Origin: Spirochaetia bacterium
GTDB taxonomy: Bacteria; Spirochaetota; Spirochaetia; SZUA-6; Bin103
Length of the DNA stretch: 64,000 bases
Assembly (NCBI GenBank): GCA_965199955.1
Contig: CBDATQ010000001.1
Location: forward strand, 1,280,001 to 1,344,000
Direction of reading: 5' to 3'
The position numbers and the translations under genes were made by a program. The notes under the pieces are model-generated. The model had not been told where the DNA came from and did no database searches. It worked only from the letters and a program-made list of their open reading frames with translations. The stretch's first letter is position 1. Every line of letters starts with the position of its first letter. Positions 30,566-40,996 of the stretch are shown here, one piece after another.

Positions 30566-31569
30566 CCGCCGCGGATCAGGCACGCCACCCGGTGGTCGGC
30601 CGCGACGGCCATCGTCGCCGGCGTGTCGCGATCGCAGCGCCCCGGCACGAACTCGTCGCAGCGGGTGTGGAACGGACACCCGGGCGGCATCTCGTACGGA
30701 CTCGGCACCATGCCCCGGATCGGCGCCAGCGCCTCGATCGGGCCGCTGAGGCGCGGGATCGACGCCAGCAGCGCGCGCGAGTAGGGGTGCTCGGGCCGCG
30801 CGAACAGCGGGCCGACCGGCGCCGTCTCCACCACCCGCCCGAGATACATCACCACGACGCGTTCGGTGACCTCGGCGATCACCCCCAGGTCGTGGGTCAC
30901 CAGGATCACCGCCATCTGCATGCTGCGCTGCATCTCCAGCATCAGGTTCAGCGCCTGCGCCTGCAGCGTCACGTCGAGCGCGGTGGTGGGCTCGTCGGCG
31001 ATCAGGATGCGCGGCTCGCAGGCCACGGCCATGGCGATCATCGCCCGCTGGCGCATGCCGCCGCTCAGGTTGTGCGCGTAGGCGGCCAGGATGTCGGGGT
31101 CGTGCAGACCGACACGGCCGAGCACGTCGAGTGCGCGCTCGTTTAACTCGCGCTGCCGGCGATGCCGCGGAATGCTCTGCGCCTCGTCCATCATCGCGAT
31201 CGCCTCGGTGATCTGGTTGCCGATGGTGTGCACGGGGCTGAACGAGGTCATCGGTTCCTGGAAGATCATGGAGATGTCGTTGCGGCGCAGCGCCTTCATG
31301 GTCTCGCTCTCGCGCGCTTCGCCGGTGATGGTCACCGTGCCGCCCGCGCCGTGGTAGCGGATCGTGCCGCCGGTCACCCGCGCCACCGGCGGCAGGATGC
31401 CCAGGATTGCCAGCGAAGTGACGCTCTTGCCGCAGCCGCTCTCGCCGATGATGCCGAGGACCTCGTTGCGGTGCAGGGCGAAGCTGACGCCGTTCACCGC
31501 CCGCACCGTTCCCTCCTTGGAGGGGAACACCACGTGCAGATCGTCCAGTTCGAGCAGCGGCGCACCCAT
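30562..31569 (-). CDS. Peptide ABC transporter ATP-binding subunit (OppD-like)
   Basis: [18 protein letters not shown] and [10 protein letters not shown]. Starts at MGAPLLEL. Confidence 0.92.
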   Translation of the reverse strand: MGAPLLELDDLHVVFPSKEGTVRAVNGVSFALHRNEVLGIIGESGCGKSVTSLAILGILPPVARVTGGTIRYHGAGGTVTITGEARESETMKALRRNDISMIFQEPMTSFSPVHTIGNQITEAIAMMDEAQSIPRHRRQRELNERALDVLGRVGLHDPDILAAYAHNLSGGMRQRAMIAMAVACEPRILIADEPTTALDVTLQAQALNLMLEMQRSMQMAVILVTHDLGVIAEVTERVVVMYLGRVVETAPVGPLFARPEHPYSRALLASIPRLSGPIEALAPIRGMVPSPYEMPPGCPFHTRCDEFVPGRCDRDTPATMAVAADHRVACLIRGG

Positions 31570-31571
31570 CG

Positions 31572-32714
31572 TCACACCTTGGAATAGGGATCTGCCGCGT
31601 CCCGCATGCCGTCGCCGATGAAGTTGAACGCCAGGATGGCGACCACCACGAAGAACGCTGGGATGAACAGCCACTGCGCCGCGATCAGGTTGCGCAGGTG
31701 GCGGCACTCCTGCAGCATCACCCCCCAGCTTATCGCCGGGGGCTGCAGTCCGAGGCCGATGAAGCTGAGCGCGGTCTCGCCCAGGATCATGCCGGGAATC
31801 GCCAGGGTGAGCTCGGCGATGGTGTGGCTCAGGAACGAGGGCAGCAGGTAGGAGAAGATCAGCTTGCCGTCGCCGACGTTGTCGAGGCGGGCGGCGCGGA
31901 TGTACTCCTCCCGCTTGAGCGCCATGAACTTGCCGCGCACGGTACGGCTGCCGCCGGTGACGACCCCGATCAACGCCAGGATCACCGTGATCAGCACGTA
32001 GCGCTGCACCACCGAGAGCCGCGCCGGCAGCGCCGCCGCCAGCGCGACCCACAGCGGCAATGTGGGCACGCTCATGAAGGTCTCGGTGATGCGCATGATC
32101 ACCTTGTCCACCGCCCCGCCAAGCAGCCCCGCCATGCCGCCGATGAACAGGCTGGGGAAGAAGCCGATCAGGATGCCGACGAAGCCCACGGTCAGCGAGA
32201 TGCGCGACCCGTACACGATGCGGGAGAACAGGTCGCGCCCGAGCGAGTCCTTGCCCATCAGGCTGAAGATGCGGCCGTCGCGCAGGCCGAACAGGTGCAG
32301 GTTGCCGGGAAACAATCCCCACATGCGGTAGGGGTCGCCGCGTACGAACAGATACAGCGGCTGCACGATGGTGGTGTCCACCGAGTAGAGGTACTCCCAG
32401 GTGTCGGGATCCACGGTCTTGACGATCGGGTGCACGAACGGGCGCGGGTGGAAGCGGCCGTCGGCGTCGAAGAACCTGATCCGCTGCGGCGGCGCCAGGG
32501 TGAACTCCTCGTCGTAGGCGCGGGGATCATAGGGGGCGATGAACTCGGCGAAGATGACGCCGAGATAGAGGAAACCGATGAAGCCGAGCGCCACCACGGC
32601 GACGCGGTGGCGCAGGAAGCGCCAGCGCATGAGCTGCCACTGGGAGGCGTAGGCGCGCTGACCGGTCGCCGCCCGCGGATCGCCGTGCTGCAGCGGCGTG
32701 CCCGAGGTGCTCAT
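31572..32714 (-). CDS. Peptide ABC transporter permease (OppC-like)
   Basis: RFLRHRVA, GKDSLGRDLFSR, EEYIRAAR, ETALSFIGLG and FNFIGDGMRDAADP. Confidence 0.92.
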   Translation of the reverse strand: MSTSGTPLQHGDPRAATGQRAYASQWQLMRWRFLRHRVAVVALGFIGFLYLGVIFAEFIAPYDPRAYDEEFTLAPPQRIRFFDADGRFHPRPFVHPIVKTVDPDTWEYLYSVDTTIVQPLYLFVRGDPYRMWGLFPGNLHLFGLRDGRIFSLMGKDSLGRDLFSRIVYGSRISLTVGFVGILIGFFPSLFIGGMAGLLGGAVDKVIMRITETFMSVPTLPLWVALAAALPARLSVVQRYVLITVILALIGVVTGGSRTVRGKFMALKREEYIRAARLDNVGDGKLIFSYLLPSFLSHTIAELTLAIPGMILGETALSFIGLGLQPPAISWGVMLQECRHLRNLIAAQWLFIPAFFVVVAILAFNFIGDGMRDAADPYSKV

Positions 32715-33700
32715 ATCGCGTCCCGGATGCGGGGATCGACGATCCCCAGCAGGATGTCGGAGAGCAGAATCCCGACCACCGTCAGGCCCAGCTCGATGAA
32801 CAGGATGCTGCCGGCCAGGAACATGTCCTGCGCCATGATGGCCTGCAGCATGATCGGCGCCAGCGTGGGCAGGCCCAGGGTCACCGACACCATCAACTCG
32901 CCCGACATGAGACTGGCCAGCAGCCATCCCAGGCGCACGATGAACGGGTTCAGGGCCACCCGGAACGGGTACTTCAGCAGCAGTCGCGCACCGCTCACCC
33001 CCTTCGAGCGCGCCACCATCACGTAGGGCTTCTCCAGCTCGTCGAGCAGGTTGGCGCGCATGATCCGTACCTGCTCCGCGGTGCCGGCGGTGGCCATGAC
33101 GATGGCCGGGATCCAGAGGTGGTTCAACAGGTCGAGAAACTTGGGCAGGCTCCAGGCCGCGTCCAGGTACTGCTGCGACATCAGGCCGATGGTGGCGGTG
33201 CTGCCGGTGAGCGAGAATACCATCCACGACAGCACCAGGGCGAAGATGAAGTTGGGCACCGCCAGCCCGATGAAGCCGATGAAGGTGATGCAGTAGTCGA
33301 TCCAGGTGCGTTGCCGCACCGCCGACACGATGCCGATCGGGATCGCCATCGCGTTGAGCAGCAGGAACGAGATGAACGACATCAGCGCGGTCAGCGGCAG
33401 GCGCTCGGCCAGGATCGCGCTGACCGGCTTGTTGAACAGCATCGAGTGGCTGAAGTCGCCGCGCAGGATGTTCCCGAGCCAGAAGAAGTACTGCACCATG
33501 ATCGGCTTGTCGAGGTCGTACTGCGCGTTCAGCGATGCGACCAGCTCGGGGGTGATCTCGACGCCGCGATTGCGCATCAGGGCGATCTTGGCCTCGATCA
33601 CGGTGCCGGGGGGAAGCTGGATGATGACGAACACGATCACGCTGCCGATCAACAGCACCGGGATCATCATCAGCACGCGCCGCAGCACGTAGATGGTCAT
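32711..33700 (-). CDS. Peptide ABC transporter permease (OppB-like)
   Basis: YVLRRVL, GDFSHS, ERLPLT, YVMVARSKG and DPRIR. Confidence 0.92.
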   Translation of the reverse strand: MTIYVLRRVLMMIPVLLIGSVIVFVIIQLPPGTVIEAKIALMRNRGVEITPELVASLNAQYDLDKPIMVQYFFWLGNILRGDFSHSMLFNKPVSAILAERLPLTALMSFISFLLLNAMAIPIGIVSAVRQRTWIDYCITFIGFIGLAVPNFIFALVLSWMVFSLTGSTATIGLMSQQYLDAAWSLPKFLDLLNHLWIPAIVMATAGTAEQVRIMRANLLDELEKPYVMVARSKGVSGARLLLKYPFRVALNPFIVRLGWLLASLMSGELMVSVTLGLPTLAPIMLQAIMAQDMFLAGSILFIELGLTVVGILLSDILLGIVDPRIRDAI

Positions 33701-33767
33701 CGGTCAGATGAGGCCGCGTCCGCCGCCACGCGGTTGCGCATGGCGGCGGACAGCGGTATGGGCCGGT

Positions 33768-35729
33768 CTACTCGTTCAGGAACAGGACGTCGAAGAACAG
33801 GTAGCTGGCCTCGGAGCTCAGCGGCTCGTCCGGCACGTTGCCGACCCTGTTGTGGAAGTAGTAGAAGGAGACCTGCGGGATGTCGACCTTCGACTCCAGC
33901 GGCGAGATCGACCACAGCCCTTCGCTGAAGATCTGCACCACCTCCTGCTCGATCCGCTTCCTGGCGTCGACGTCCATCGCACGCGGATACTCCTCGGACA
34001 GCTCGTACAGCCTCTTCACCCCGTCCGGCGGCTCCACTCCCTCGGCGCCGCCCGAGTGCAGCCAGCGCGCCCACGGGGTCGTGACGTGGTAGCCCTGCGG
34101 ATTGCTCGGCACCACGTGCGGAAAACGCGCGATGCTGGCGGTCGGTATGCCGCGCCCGATATCGACGGGGCCGATCAGAATGTCGTAGTCGCCGGTGGTC
34201 AATTTCTCGCCGTACGCATCGCCGGCGTAGGGTCGAATCAGGAACTCGATGCCGACCTTCTTGAACTGCTCCTTGTAGATTTCGGACATGGCGACTTCGG
34301 CGCTCTTGTCGGTCTCGACAAGCCCGATCAGCTCCAACGGCTTGCCGCTCGGGAAGGTGCGCGCGGTGCGGCTGGCGTTCCACGCCAATCCCAGCTCATC
34401 GAGCATGTCGTTTGCCGCGTCGAGATCGTGCTCCTTGTAGGGCTCGTCGGCCGGGTGCACCAGGTCACCCGCCACCGGCGTCTGCGACAGCGTGTACTGA
34501 CCGCGGAACAGCAGATCGTTGATTTCCTGTCCGTCGATCGCCAGGGCTACGGCGCGCCGGAACTCGATGTCGTTGAACAGCTCTCGCCGCTCCGCGTCCT
34601 CGCTCGCGAAGTTGAAGTACACGGTGCCGTGATACATGATCGCCGACATCGCCGCGTGCAGCCTGAAGTTGCCTGATTCCTCCGCGTTGCGCAGCACGCT
34701 GAAGTTCGAGATGTCGCCGAAGTCGCCGCGCAGGCCGAAGTCGATCTCGCCGGCCAGGCCCTGCAGCAGATAGGCATCGCTGCCCATCCCCATCAGCGGA
34801 ACGCGGATGCCGTCGATGTAGGGGAGCTGATTCCCGGCCACGTCCACCTTGTAGTAGTAGCGGTTGCGGCCGTACACGCCCAGGGTGTCGCTCTTGCTTT
34901 CCAGCCTCCACGGGTGGATCACCGGCAGCTCGGTGTTGAAGTTGCTCCAGATCACGTATTCCTTCCAATACGCCATCCAGGTGGTGAATCCGGCTTCTTT
35001 TGCCGCGCTCTCCGCCTTGTCGCCCGCCACGGCGGGGTGGAACTGGCCCATGTAGTGCTCGGGCAGAAACGAATCGGGGAACCAGCGCATCATGTTGTTG
35101 GGCAGATTCGGGTAGGGGCCGGCGAACTGGAACTGGAAGGTTATGTCGTCGACCACGTTCAGGGAGGCCATCACCCCGCCGACCTTGAGGTTGCCGACGC
35201 CGTGCGGGTTGAGGTCCTTGTCGGAGGCTTCGTGGTCGAACCAGAACCGGATGTCCTCGGTGTCGAAGATCTCGCCGTCGCTCCAGCGGAGGCCGTCCCG
35301 CAAGCGGATAGTGTACACCGAGGCATCCGCATTCGGCTCGTACGATGCGAACACGTTGGGCAACAGCGTTTCGCCGTTCACCGGTATGGTGAGGCCCCAT
35401 TGACGCATGTACTCGTCGTTGATCCAGCCGGGATCGCCGGGAATCACCAGGGTGCCGCCGTAGACGCCGATCTGATGGGCCGGCGCGATGACGATCGGAT
35501 CGTTCGGCAGGCGCTCGCCGACCGGCGGCAGGTCGCCTGATGCCACCAGCGCGGCCAGCACCGGCGCCTCGCCATACGTCAGGGTGCCCCCGGTGGCCGC
35601 CTCGAATTCGGCGGGCGAGTTGTACTGCACCGGCACGCCCGAGCCGACGAAGTCCTCGGCATGGGCCAGCGTGACGAACAGCGGCAGCGCTGCCGCGACC
35701 AGAATCAGTCTCTTCAGGAGTGTCTTCAT
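33768..35729 (-). CDS. Family 5 ABC transporter substrate-binding protein
   Basis: Signal peptide ending AHA, EAPVL...GDLPPVGERLP, IGVYGG, LRWSDG, GNQLPYID and FRRAVALAID. Confidence 0.9.
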   Translation of the reverse strand: MKTLLKRLILVAAALPLFVTLAHAEDFVGSGVPVQYNSPAEFEAATGGTLTYGEAPVLAALVASGDLPPVGERLPNDPIVIAPAHQIGVYGGTLVIPGDPGWINDEYMRQWGLTIPVNGETLLPNVFASYEPNADASVYTIRLRDGLRWSDGEIFDTEDIRFWFDHEASDKDLNPHGVGNLKVGGVMASLNVVDDITFQFQFAGPYPNLPNNMMRWFPDSFLPEHYMGQFHPAVAGDKAESAAKEAGFTTWMAYWKEYVIWSNFNTELPVIHPWRLESKSDTLGVYGRNRYYYKVDVAGNQLPYIDGIRVPLMGMGSDAYLLQGLAGEIDFGLRGDFGDISNFSVLRNAEESGNFRLHAAMSAIMYHGTVYFNFASEDAERRELFNDIEFRRAVALAIDGQEINDLLFRGQYTLSQTPVAGDLVHPADEPYKEHDLDAANDMLDELGLAWNASRTARTFPSGKPLELIGLVETDKSAEVAMSEIYKEQFKKVGIEFLIRPYAGDAYGEKLTTGDYDILIGPVDIGRGIPTASIARFPHVVPSNPQGYHVTTPWARWLHSGGAEGVEPPDGVKRLYELSEEYPRAMDVDARKRIEQEVVQIFSEGLWSISPLESKVDIPQVSFYYFHNRVGNVPDEPLSSEASYLFFDVLFLNE

Positions 35730-35769
35730 GGATACCTCTACGGGACCTTCTCAGACCCGCCAGGGGGCG

Positions 35770-36858
35770 TCAACGGCTGCCAGCGACATCCGCGCCGCGT
35801 GTGAGCCACTCCAGGTTGAAGCGTGCCAGGGTCAGCCGATCGTAGGGGTCGTTGCCGGAACCGCTCTCGTACAGGCAGCAGACCATCCCGTCCGCCACGC
35901 ACAGATCGGAGTAGGCAGCCGCGCCCTCGGTCAGCACCCGCGCCAGCGGCCAACTCCGGCACCCGTCGTAGCTGAGGCGCACGGTCATGCGGCGCCGGGT
36001 GGTCGCCGCGGGGTTGCTGAACAGGATCCGCTGCCGTCCGTCGGTGCCGGGGTAGCGGCACAGACTCGCCTGACAGATCGGCTCGGGCAGCGCCACGTCG
36101 CGCACGATCGGCGAGAACGTCTCGCCGCCGTCGTTGCTCCACGCCACGGCACGGTGATGGCCGCTCCCGGCATCGCGCAGGATGCTCTTGTTGCGGCAGT
36201 TGAGGTATAGCCAGCCGTCCTCGGTCTGCACCGCGGTCGACTCGTTGGTGCCCTCGTCGGCGCTGCTGCCGATGGTCCAGGTGGCGCCGTGGTCGTCGGA
36301 GTAGATGACGTGGGAGTGGTAGGGATCCTGCGCCTCGTGGTGGCGGGCGACGATGTGGTCGCAGGGAATCAGGAGGCGGCCGGAGGCGAGTTGAATGCCG
36401 TGGCCGGGACCGGTGGCGTACCAGGTCCAGTCGGGCTGCTTGACTTGTGCCGTGATCTCGACCGGTTCCTCCCAGGTGACCCCGTCGTCGTGGCTGGCGG
36501 TGACCCAGACCGTGCGCGGCGCGTGCCCCTGGCAGATCATGCGCTCGTCGCCGTCGCGGCGGTTCTTGCAGAACGGCAGCCAGATGCTTCCGGTATCGCG
36601 GTCCACCACCGGCGCGGGATTGCCGCATACCCAGTCCGGCTCGGTGGCCACGAGCTGGGGCGGGGCGAAGGTCCTGCCGTGATCGCTTGAGCGCCGGACC
36701 AGCAGGTCGATCTGGTCGGAGTCCCCGCCGGTGTACTTGCGGGCCTCGCAGAATGCCAGCACGGTGCCGGCGGCAGTCACCGTGAGAGCGGGAATGCGGT
36801 AACGGAAATAGCCGTCTTCGCCGCTGATCCAGAGTTGTTGGGTGTCGAGTCGCTGCAT
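35770..36858 (-). CDS. Exo-alpha-sialidase (GH33-like)
   Basis: YRIP motif, four Asp-boxes (SSDHGRTF, SHDDGVTW, SDDHGATW, SNDGGETF), TGPGHGIQ and AAYSDL. Confidence 0.9.
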   Translation of the reverse strand: MQRLDTQQLWISGEDGYFRYRIPALTVTAAGTVLAFCEARKYTGGDSDQIDLLVRRSSDHGRTFAPPQLVATEPDWVCGNPAPVVDRDTGSIWLPFCKNRRDGDERMICQGHAPRTVWVTASHDDGVTWEEPVEITAQVKQPDWTWYATGPGHGIQLASGRLLIPCDHIVARHHEAQDPYHSHVIYSDDHGATWTIGSSADEGTNESTAVQTEDGWLYLNCRNKSILRDAGSGHHRAVAWSNDGGETFSPIVRDVALPEPICQASLCRYPGTDGRQRILFSNPAATTRRRMTVRLSYDGCRSWPLARVLTEGAAAYSDLCVADGMVCCLYESGSGNDPYDRLTLARFNLEWLTRGADVAGSR

Positions 36859-36944
36859 GGGACTCCGATTATGCCACCGTTCGTCCGGGGACGTTGCCGG
36901 TCCGGTTGTTGCCGACCGGGTGGTGGAAGTAGTAGAGCAGCGCC

Positions 36945-37670
36945 ATGCACACGCGAACCTCTCTGACCCGCGATCTGCGCGCGCTCGGCGTGCGCGAAGG
37001 CGACACGCTGTTCGTCCACTCATCCTTCAAGAGCCTGGGCGAGGTGGCAGGCGGCGCGCAGTCGGTCGTCGATGCCCTGATGGACGCGGTCGGCGACGGG
37101 CTGCTGCTGATGCCGTCCTTCAACCTGGACGGAGGGCGCGACTGGCGGGCGGCGAGCTGGGATGTGGAGAACGCGCCGTCATCGGTCGGCTGGCTCACCG
37201 AGTTCTTCCGCCGGATGCCGGGAACGGTGCGGTCGGACCACTACTCGCACTCCGTCGCCGCGCGGGGCAGGGAGGCCGAGAGCTTCGTGGACGGCCACCG
37301 CCGCGACGAGGGGCTGCCTTCCCCCTGGGACCGTCCGCCGTGGGGACGGACCTACGGGGCGCACTCGCCCATGATCCGGGCCCGCGACCGGGACGGGCGC
37401 CTCTTGATGCTGGGCGTGGACTACCACTCGTCGACGTACGTGCACGTGGTGGAGGCGATGTGGTGGGAGGAGCGACGGCAGTCCGACCCGCGGGCGCGGT
37501 TCATGGGGCTCGACCGGCCGCGGCTGGGGGAGCTGTGGGATCGCACGGGCCGCCTGCGGCGGGGGCTGGTCGGAGACGCCGGGTGCCGGCTGTTCGGGAT
37601 CCGCGACTACGTCGACACCCTGCTCGGCGTGGTGCGCGGCACGGGGACGCGATGGATCACCAGGAGCTGA
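36945..37670 (+). CDS. AAC(3)/YokD-family N-acetyltransferase
   Basis: LGVREGDTLFVHSSFKSLG, LMPSF, GWLTEFFR, RSDHYSHSVAARG and STYVHVVE. Confidence 0.85.
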   Translation: MHTRTSLTRDLRALGVREGDTLFVHSSFKSLGEVAGGAQSVVDALMDAVGDGLLLMPSFNLDGGRDWRAASWDVENAPSSVGWLTEFFRRMPGTVRSDHYSHSVAARGREAESFVDGHRRDEGLPSPWDRPPWGRTYGAHSPMIRARDRDGRLLMLGVDYHSSTYVHVVEAMWWEERRQSDPRARFMGLDRPRLGELWDRTGRLRRGLVGDAGCRLFGIRDYVDTLLGVVRGTGTRWITRS

Positions 37671-38584
37671 TCGTCATCAACGGCGCGGAGGTGCTGGCGC
37701 GCGCGGACGAGCGCGGCGCGTACTGGCGGCGCATCCGGGCCGGCGGCACCACGGCGTTCGCGGCAACCGCGGTCCGGTCACAGCTCCCGGCGTGGTTCAG
37801 GCGGTTCCGCGACGACGAAAGCCTCCTGCACGTAACCGAGCCGCGACACGTCCGCGAGGCGAAGGCGGATGGACGGATCGGCGTCATCTTCCACGTGCAG
37901 AAGCCGCCGCCGCAGCTGGCCGACGATCCCGATGAGGCCTGGAACCTGCACCGGCTCGGCATCCGCATGCTGCAGCTCACCTACAACGAGCACAGCCCGT
38001 TCGGCGACGGCTGCCTGGAGCCGACCGACGCGGGTCTGAGCGATGCGGGCGTTCGGGTGGTGCGGGCGGCGAACGAGGCGGGGATCCTGATCGACGTGTC
38101 GCACGCCGGGCACCGGACCGCAATGGACATCGTCGCGGCATCGTCGGAGCCGGTCGTTGCCAGTCACTGCAACGCGGACGCGGTCTGCCGCAATCCGCGC
38201 AATCTGCGTGACGAGGCGATCGCGGCGATCGCCGGTTGCGGAGGCGTGATCGGCGTCACCGCCTTTCCCAGCATGGTCCGCTGGCAGGACCCGACGCTGG
38301 AGCAGATGCTCGACCACTTCGACCACGTCGCCGCGCTGGTGGGGGCCGAGCACGTCGGTTTCGGGCTGGACTTCTGCTCGATCCCGCAGGAGAGCTGGGA
38401 CTCCGGCCGCTTCAGTCGCAGGGCCTATCCGCCGCCTCCCTGGATCTTTCCGCCCGGCATCGCCGGCCCGGAGGAGGTGCCCAACCTGACCGAGGGCCTC
38501 CGTCGCCGCGGTTACGGGGAAGAGGAGGTCCGCGGCATCATGGGAGAGAACCTGATGCGGCTGTTCGAGACCGTCTGGCGCTGA
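37652..38584 (+). CDS. Membrane dipeptidase family (peptidase M19) protein
   Basis: GIRMLQLTYN, IDVSH, VASHCN, RNLRDE and HVGFGLDF. Confidence 0.85.
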   Translation: MDHQELIVINGAEVLARADERGAYWRRIRAGGTTAFAATAVRSQLPAWFRRFRDDESLLHVTEPRHVREAKADGRIGVIFHVQKPPPQLADDPDEAWNLHRLGIRMLQLTYNEHSPFGDGCLEPTDAGLSDAGVRVVRAANEAGILIDVSHAGHRTAMDIVAASSEPVVASHCNADAVCRNPRNLRDEAIAAIAGCGGVIGVTAFPSMVRWQDPTLEQMLDHFDHVAALVGAEHVGFGLDFCSIPQESWDSGRFSRRAYPPPPWIFPPGIAGPEEVPNLTEGLRRRGYGEEEVRGIMGENLMRLFETVWR

Positions 38585-38610
38585 CCGCGGGCGGCCGTCC
38601 CGGGGCGGGA

Positions 38611-39534
38611 TCAGCCCTTCAGCGATCCCATCATCACGCCCTTGACGAAGTACTTCTGCAGGAACGGGTAGACGAAGACGATCGGCCCGATGGTGAGCAG
38701 GACGGTGGCCGCCTGCGCGGCCTTCGGCGGGATGCGCATCAGCTCCCGGAACTGCTCGGACTGGCGCAGCTCCTCGGTCAGCTCGGATATGAACTCGTCG
38801 GTCTGCAGCAGGCTGAGGTCCATCATCAGGTCGCGGATCAACTCCTGCAGCACGCGCTTGTCGTCGTCGTTGACGAAGATCAGCGGCAGGATGAAATCGT
38901 TCCAGTGGCCGACGGCCGCGAACAGCGCGACGGTCGCCAGCACCGGCTTCGACAGCGGAATGATGATCCGGAACAGCACGCGCCAGTAGCCCGCGCCGTC
39001 GATGACCGCGGACTCCTCCAGCGATTCGTCGATCGTCATCAGGAAGTTGCGGCAGATGATGATGTAGAAGACGCTCATCGCCGGCAGCAACAACAGGATG
39101 AGCCGGGTGTTGATCAGGTCGAGCCGGCGTACGACCAGGTAGAGGGGGATCAGACCGCCCTGGAAGAACAGGGTGAACACGAACAGGAACGTCAGCACCG
39201 CGCGGCCGGGCAGCAGCCTCTTGGACAGCGCGTAGGCGGCGCTGAAGGTGACCAGCAGGGTCGCCGCCGTGCCCACCACCGTGCGGAAGATGGTGTTGAA
39301 GTAGGCCAGCCCGATCGTGTCGTCCTGCAGGACGAACCCCCACGCTTCCAGGTGCCAGGCGTCCAGCCAGATCCGGAGCCGCAGGCTGTTGACCGCGTCG
39401 ATGGAAGAGAACGACTGCAGGATCAGCGTCCAGAACGGGTAGGCGATCGACAGGGCGAACAGCGCCAGGAACAGGTAGTTTACGCCGTCGAACAGCCTGC
39501 CGGTAACCGAGGTGCGGCTTGCTACGATCGCCAT
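38611..39534 (-). CDS. Carbohydrate ABC transporter permease
   Basis: FQGGLIP, EESAVIDGA, VGHWND and YPFLQKYFVKGVMMGSLKG. Confidence 0.92.
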   Translation of the reverse strand: MAIVASRTSVTGRLFDGVNYLFLALFALSIAYPFWTLILQSFSSIDAVNSLRLRIWLDAWHLEAWGFVLQDDTIGLAYFNTIFRTVVGTAATLLVTFSAAYALSKRLLPGRAVLTFLFVFTLFFQGGLIPLYLVVRRLDLINTRLILLLLPAMSVFYIIICRNFLMTIDESLEESAVIDGAGYWRVLFRIIIPLSKPVLATVALFAAVGHWNDFILPLIFVNDDDKRVLQELIRDLMMDLSLLQTDEFISELTEELRQSEQFRELMRIPPKAAQAATVLLTIGPIVFVYPFLQKYFVKGVMMGSLKG

Positions 39535-39540
39535 CCGGTC

Positions 39541-40521
39541 CTACCAGACACTGAAGTCGTTGTAGCGGCGGGTGATCTGGTTGACGACCACCAGCAGCAC
39601 CAGGCCTAGCACGTTCTGAAACAGCCCGACCGCGGTGGTGTAATCGAAGTCGCCGCCCTGGATGCCGACCCGGTAGATGTAGGTCTCCATGATGTCGCCG
39701 ACTTCGTACACGGCCGCGTTGTACATCATGAACACGTGCTCGAAGCTCTGCTCGAACAGGTTGCCCAGCCGCAGCAGGAACAGGACGGTGATGACCGGCA
39801 CCAGCGACGGCAGCGTGATGTGAACGGCACTCTGCCAGCGGCTGGTGCCGTCGATGGCTCCCGCCTCGTAGAGTTGCGGGTCGATCCCGGACAGGGCGGC
39901 CAGGTAGATGATCGAACCCCAGCCGACGCTCTGCCAGATGGCGGTGCCGACCAGCAACGCCCGGAACGTCTCGACGGTGGTGAACCAGTTGACCGGGTCA
40001 AGGCCGAGCTGCGTGAACAGCCACCCGGCGAAACCCGTGCTCGGCGACAGGAACTCCCGCAGGATGCCGGAAAGCACCACCCAGGACATGAAGTGGGGGA
40101 GATAGCCGATGGATTGCACGCTGCGCTTGTAGACGGTGTGCCGCACCTCGTTGAGCAGCAGCGCCAGGACGATCGGGGCGGGAAACGTGATCCCCAGGTG
40201 CAGCAGGCTGAGGATGACGTTGTTGCGGAACACCCGCAGGAAGAACGGCTCCCGGAACAGGCGGCGGAAGTGGGCGAAGTCGTTCCAGGTGCTGCCCAGG
40301 ATGCCGTCGTAGAAGTTGAAGTCCAGGAACGAGATCGACACGCCCCACATCGGCGCGTACTTGAACACCGCCAGGAGCGCGAACGCCATCAGCAGCAGGC
40401 CGTAGAACGATCGCATGCGCCACGCCCTGGCGCGGGTCTGACGGCGCAGGACGCGCTTGTAGCCGGCCCTCGATTCGGCCGTCGACAGGTGAGGCGCGGT
40501 CTGGGGTGCGATGTTCGCCAT
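39541..40521 (-). CDS. Carbohydrate ABC transporter permease (LplB-like)
   Basis: FKYAPMWG, YLPHFMSWVV, GWGSIIYLAAL and LYEAGAIDG. Confidence 0.92.
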   Translation of the reverse strand: MANIAPQTAPHLSTAESRAGYKRVLRRQTRARAWRMRSFYGLLLMAFALLAVFKYAPMWGVSISFLDFNFYDGILGSTWNDFAHFRRLFREPFFLRVFRNNVILSLLHLGITFPAPIVLALLLNEVRHTVYKRSVQSIGYLPHFMSWVVLSGILREFLSPSTGFAGWLFTQLGLDPVNWFTTVETFRALLVGTAIWQSVGWGSIIYLAALSGIDPQLYEAGAIDGTSRWQSAVHITLPSLVPVITVLFLLRLGNLFEQSFEHVFMMYNAAVYEVGDIMETYIYRVGIQGGDFDYTTAVGLFQNVLGLVLLVVVNQITRRYNDFSVW

Positions 40522-40616
40522 GTACGGGCAGGAGGCCGGAAGCCGCGCGATTCTACGCCGGCCGGGACGTGCCGGCAAGGCGAACTGCCGCGCTCCCCCG
40601 GTCCTTCAGGCGGCCG

Positions 40617-40964
40617 CTACCGGATGAAGTACCCGCTCACCCGCCAGGCATCGCCGTCCCACGACGCCGTGACGGTCTCCGTCGCCCCCTGCTTGCGCGC
40701 GTAGGAGGCGGCGAAGCGCATCACCCAGTAGCGGCCATCCGGCGCCCCGGGCAGCGTCTCGTGGTAGTCGGCGCCCTCGAGGGACCGCGATTGCGGAGCG
40801 CCCATCGGTTCCAGCGCCGACCGCAGCGACTTTGCAAACTGGCCCGGGCTCACCGCTCCCCGCATCAGCGCCGAGCCGCCCTCCCAGCACGCCTGGTACT
40901 CGCCAGCGTCCAGCAGGGCCAGCCACTCGTGGGCCGCCGCCGCCGCATCGTCCGAGTCAGCCAT
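40617..40964 (-). CDS. DUF4019 domain protein
   Basis: AHEWLALLDAGEY...LPGAPDGRY...ETVT...WRVSGYFIR. Confidence 0.8.
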   Translation of the reverse strand: MADSDDAAAAAHEWLALLDAGEYQACWEGGSALMRGAVSPGQFAKSLRSALEPMGAPQSRSLEGADYHETLPGAPDGRYWVMRFAASYARKQGATETVTASWDGDAWRVSGYFIR

Positions 40965-40996
40965 CCTCGCTCCTCACCAGCGCATCGATTTGACTC

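Noticed and set aside
15726..37670. CPT-like and AAC(3)-like genes as true antibiotic resistance determinants
   Set aside because: Only family-level motifs are visible, codon usage is host-like, the context is metabolic, and no integron or mobile context is present.
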